In this document: one piece after another, positions 61,173 to 64,000 of the stretch
Position numbering within the stretch: position 1 is the first letter of the stretch
Layout: each line of letters begins with the position of its first letter
The notes under the pieces: generated by a model
What the model was told of the DNA's origin: nothing
Seen by the model: only the letters and a program-made list of their open reading frames with translations
Database searches by the model: none
From: Schmidtea polychroa
Taxonomy: Eukaryota
Assembly (NCBI GenBank): GCA_044892525.1
Contig: CM097885.1
Span: 3,906,001 to 3,970,000 of the forward strand
DNA length: 64,000 nucleotides
Direction: 5' to 3'
Position numbers and translations under genes: made by a program

Positions 61173-64000
61173 TTTATCTAAAATTAACAAAATTATCAAA
61201 ATATTTCAACATTTACAACATAAATCATAAATCATACTTATTATATTGATTATTTCCTCTGACGTTTACAATTTCAATATTTATAATTTACATTTGATGT
61301 AGATAAACAAACATTTTATAAATATTGTATTTTAGCTTTGAGCGCAATTCGAAATATTATTAATGTTAATTTTCAGCATTTTTCTCATTTATTTTTAATA
61401 TTACAAAATTATTATGAAGGAATTCAAATAAAAATACCTAAAACTAATTTCAATTTTGTCCCGAATATATCATTTCATTTCAAAGCAACCGAATATAAAA
61501 GTGCGTCAGCAATTGATCCAGTAGGCCTTGAGAACTCCTTGCTGAATCCAGCTGACCGATGCCTGAAGCATTACCTGATCCATTGGGTAACAGAACATAT
61601 AGTCTCCTTTGGCCCTGACCGGCGTATCCGTCACACCAGCGCAAACATATTCCCATCAAGATCATATAGACTTTTACTTGAAATATACTCAGGTAATCTC
61701 GTAAGAAAAAAGAAATGAGCTTTCATATTTAAAATTATTGTAATGCATTGTAATATTATATTTTTTATTATTTATTATAATTTAATGTGGATTGTATTTT
61801 TAATCAACACGTGTTACACATAGAAAAAAAAGATTTTTTTAAAAACTATATAGCGATAATTTACCATAGTAAAAAAATCAATAATAAACCAATAAAGAAG
61901 CTAAATAGAATATTATTTTAAAAGATTAATTTCGGGAAGCACAACAAAATTTAAGTACTAATAAAAAGGAAGTATTAATTTCGCGAAGATTAAAAAAGAA
62001 TTCAGTTACTTAGTATTAAACTAAGGAAGCCGAAGACTAATAAATAGGAAATTTAAAAGATTCAATTACTAGACTTAAATTACTCTCTGGCAATCCGACA
62101 ATCCATCTAACACAAAAATCGTGAAAATAAATACCAAAAAATAAGGAAGGTTCTTCTTTTATTGTTTCAATTTGAAAAATATTTATTTGTTATATTTTAT
62201 TATCATTATGTTTAATTTATCTGTAGCTCACATTACACACATTCATCAGAGCTTTCCTGAAACATTTTATTTACTGGAGACTCGGCTGGGCTCTAGATCC
62301 TTTCTTTTTTCCACGAAGCATGAAATGAAAACAACAAACTTCTTAAAATAATACACTCATAACAACAGGAACCTCCCAACAATTATAATCATTGCTATAA
62401 CAATAATAAAGTGATAGTTACACTGGGTTTATCATAAAACGTAAAATTAAATACACATAAAAATTTACTGTCGGTTTTGTCCCAAGAAGTTCAGTAGATC
62501 AATAAAATACGGTTTGAATTAGCTATCAAATTGGATTTCTAAATGAAATTCGAATTATTCCTCAGGAGGTTCTAATTGGATTTATTGAAAGGTGTTTGAA
62601 GTCTAAATGGGTGTTTTGAAAGGTAAAGTGTCCACTGAGACAGTCCTTTATATAGATTTGTTAATGTAAACCGAACCAACCAGGATCAAGCCAGTGTGTA
62701 TTTTTGATCAATTTTTTATGAGTTTTTACCTTCTAAATTCCAATCATTTTTATTGGATTCTTTTATTTTTTGTTTTAATTTATTAATTTATTTTTAAATT
62801 ACACTCTTTTTGATTCTGATTGTTTGGTAAATCGCTTTCTTACACCATCTTTATCGCATGGATTCGGAGCTGTTTTCTGCATCTTAGTCTCTTTTGTCAA
62901 CGATTATTTCTTTGTTTTTATGTGCGACGTTTTGCATTTAACAGTTTTTATTATTTTTGTTATTTTATTACATCTTGTAATGTTTTTATTTCTGTTTACT
63001 TGATGTTTTGATTTCTTTTAAATAAACTTTATTCTTTTTCTATGTTGTGTTGGTGTCTCAGTTGACTCTTTACCTTCAATATTTTATTAATTAATACAAG
63101 AAAAGCTTATTTGGAAAATATTTTATTTTATTTCTTTTCAGCTCAACAAATCTATTGTTGGGCGTTCATGCGAAAACAAACCGGCAATTACTCACAACTT
63201 ATCATTGCGTAGGTCTATGGCTGAAGGTTGACTAAAGTGAAAACGATGGAAGATTTATGCGGAGAACATGAGGCAGGTGAGCCCCTACGTTAGGACAACT
63301 CCACCATGCTCTTCCTAGCGGGTGCTCGTTAGAAGGTGTCGAAGTTTACGAGAGTATATGCGCATAACTAATAGTTGAAAGCGGGTATTGAATGCGAGTA
63401 CCTAATTATATATATGTATTATATTTGTATTTGTAGATGCGTGTGTGTTAAGGAGATTTGCAGAGCCCAGTCGAGTCTCCAGTAAATAAACTGTCTTGGG
63501 ACAGCTGGGGTGAATGTGTGTATGTGAATCAAAAATAATGACAAAAACTAAAGAATAACAAATAATAACTAATTTTTTAACTCTAAACTTATATATGAGA
63601 ATGTGATTAAGATCTCCAATCCAGCATATTTGCGATGAACGATTAGAACGTCACCTTCAGAATGATTGATAAGGAAACATCATTTTATGCCATATCATAC
63701 TCGGATTCCAAAGGGCATGGTCGCTAGGTAAATTAATTTATTCGATATATATTGCTAGAAGTAACACGATTTGTAATATTTTATGTTTCATAACATTTTT
63801 ACAATTATCATTTATGAAAGAACTCTGGTGGATCTGTCTATCATGACTGTCTAGAGACGGTCGGTAGTAATTTAGTGGTGTCGAGGTGAGTCATGGTAAG
63901 TAGAGAAGCTTCTATTAGGAAATTTATTTGAGTGAATTGAGTTAAAGGCAGTTGGGAGTTCCCTTCGAGTGGCAAGAGAATATAGTTTCGTGAAACGTAA

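Overview
AT-rich eukaryotic (metazoan) genomic DNA with 42-47 nt GT-AG introns and two assembly gaps (24479-24750, 45601-45956). The intron size, TRAF expansion and transposon mix suggest a planarian-like flatworm, but this is inference. The window is a repeat-dense cluster built on a segmentally duplicated cassette: an Ndc80-like pseudogene fragment (+), sometimes a MAP3K pseudogene fragment, and a convergent TRAF gene (-). There are four TRAF copies, two intact and two broken, with patchwork-hypervariable MATH domains. The cassettes are interleaved with: two related NeSL/R5-like RLE non-LTR retrotransposons lying tail-to-tail; Ty3/gypsy remnants, with two chuvirus/gB-like env fragments; solo LTRs with 5-bp TSDs; hAT and Polinton-like remnants; Penelope-type minimal hammerhead ribozymes; and an endogenous CRESS-DNA virus Rep. 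The most unusual signal is the NeSL-like family. Both copies end in a sense-strand poly(T) tail after a conserved double hairpin, both carry a catalytically dead Ulp1-like protease domain, and the full-length copy has a 1150-aa ORF1 separated from the RT ORF by one in-frame TGA. All homology calls are from motif recognition by eye; no searches were run.
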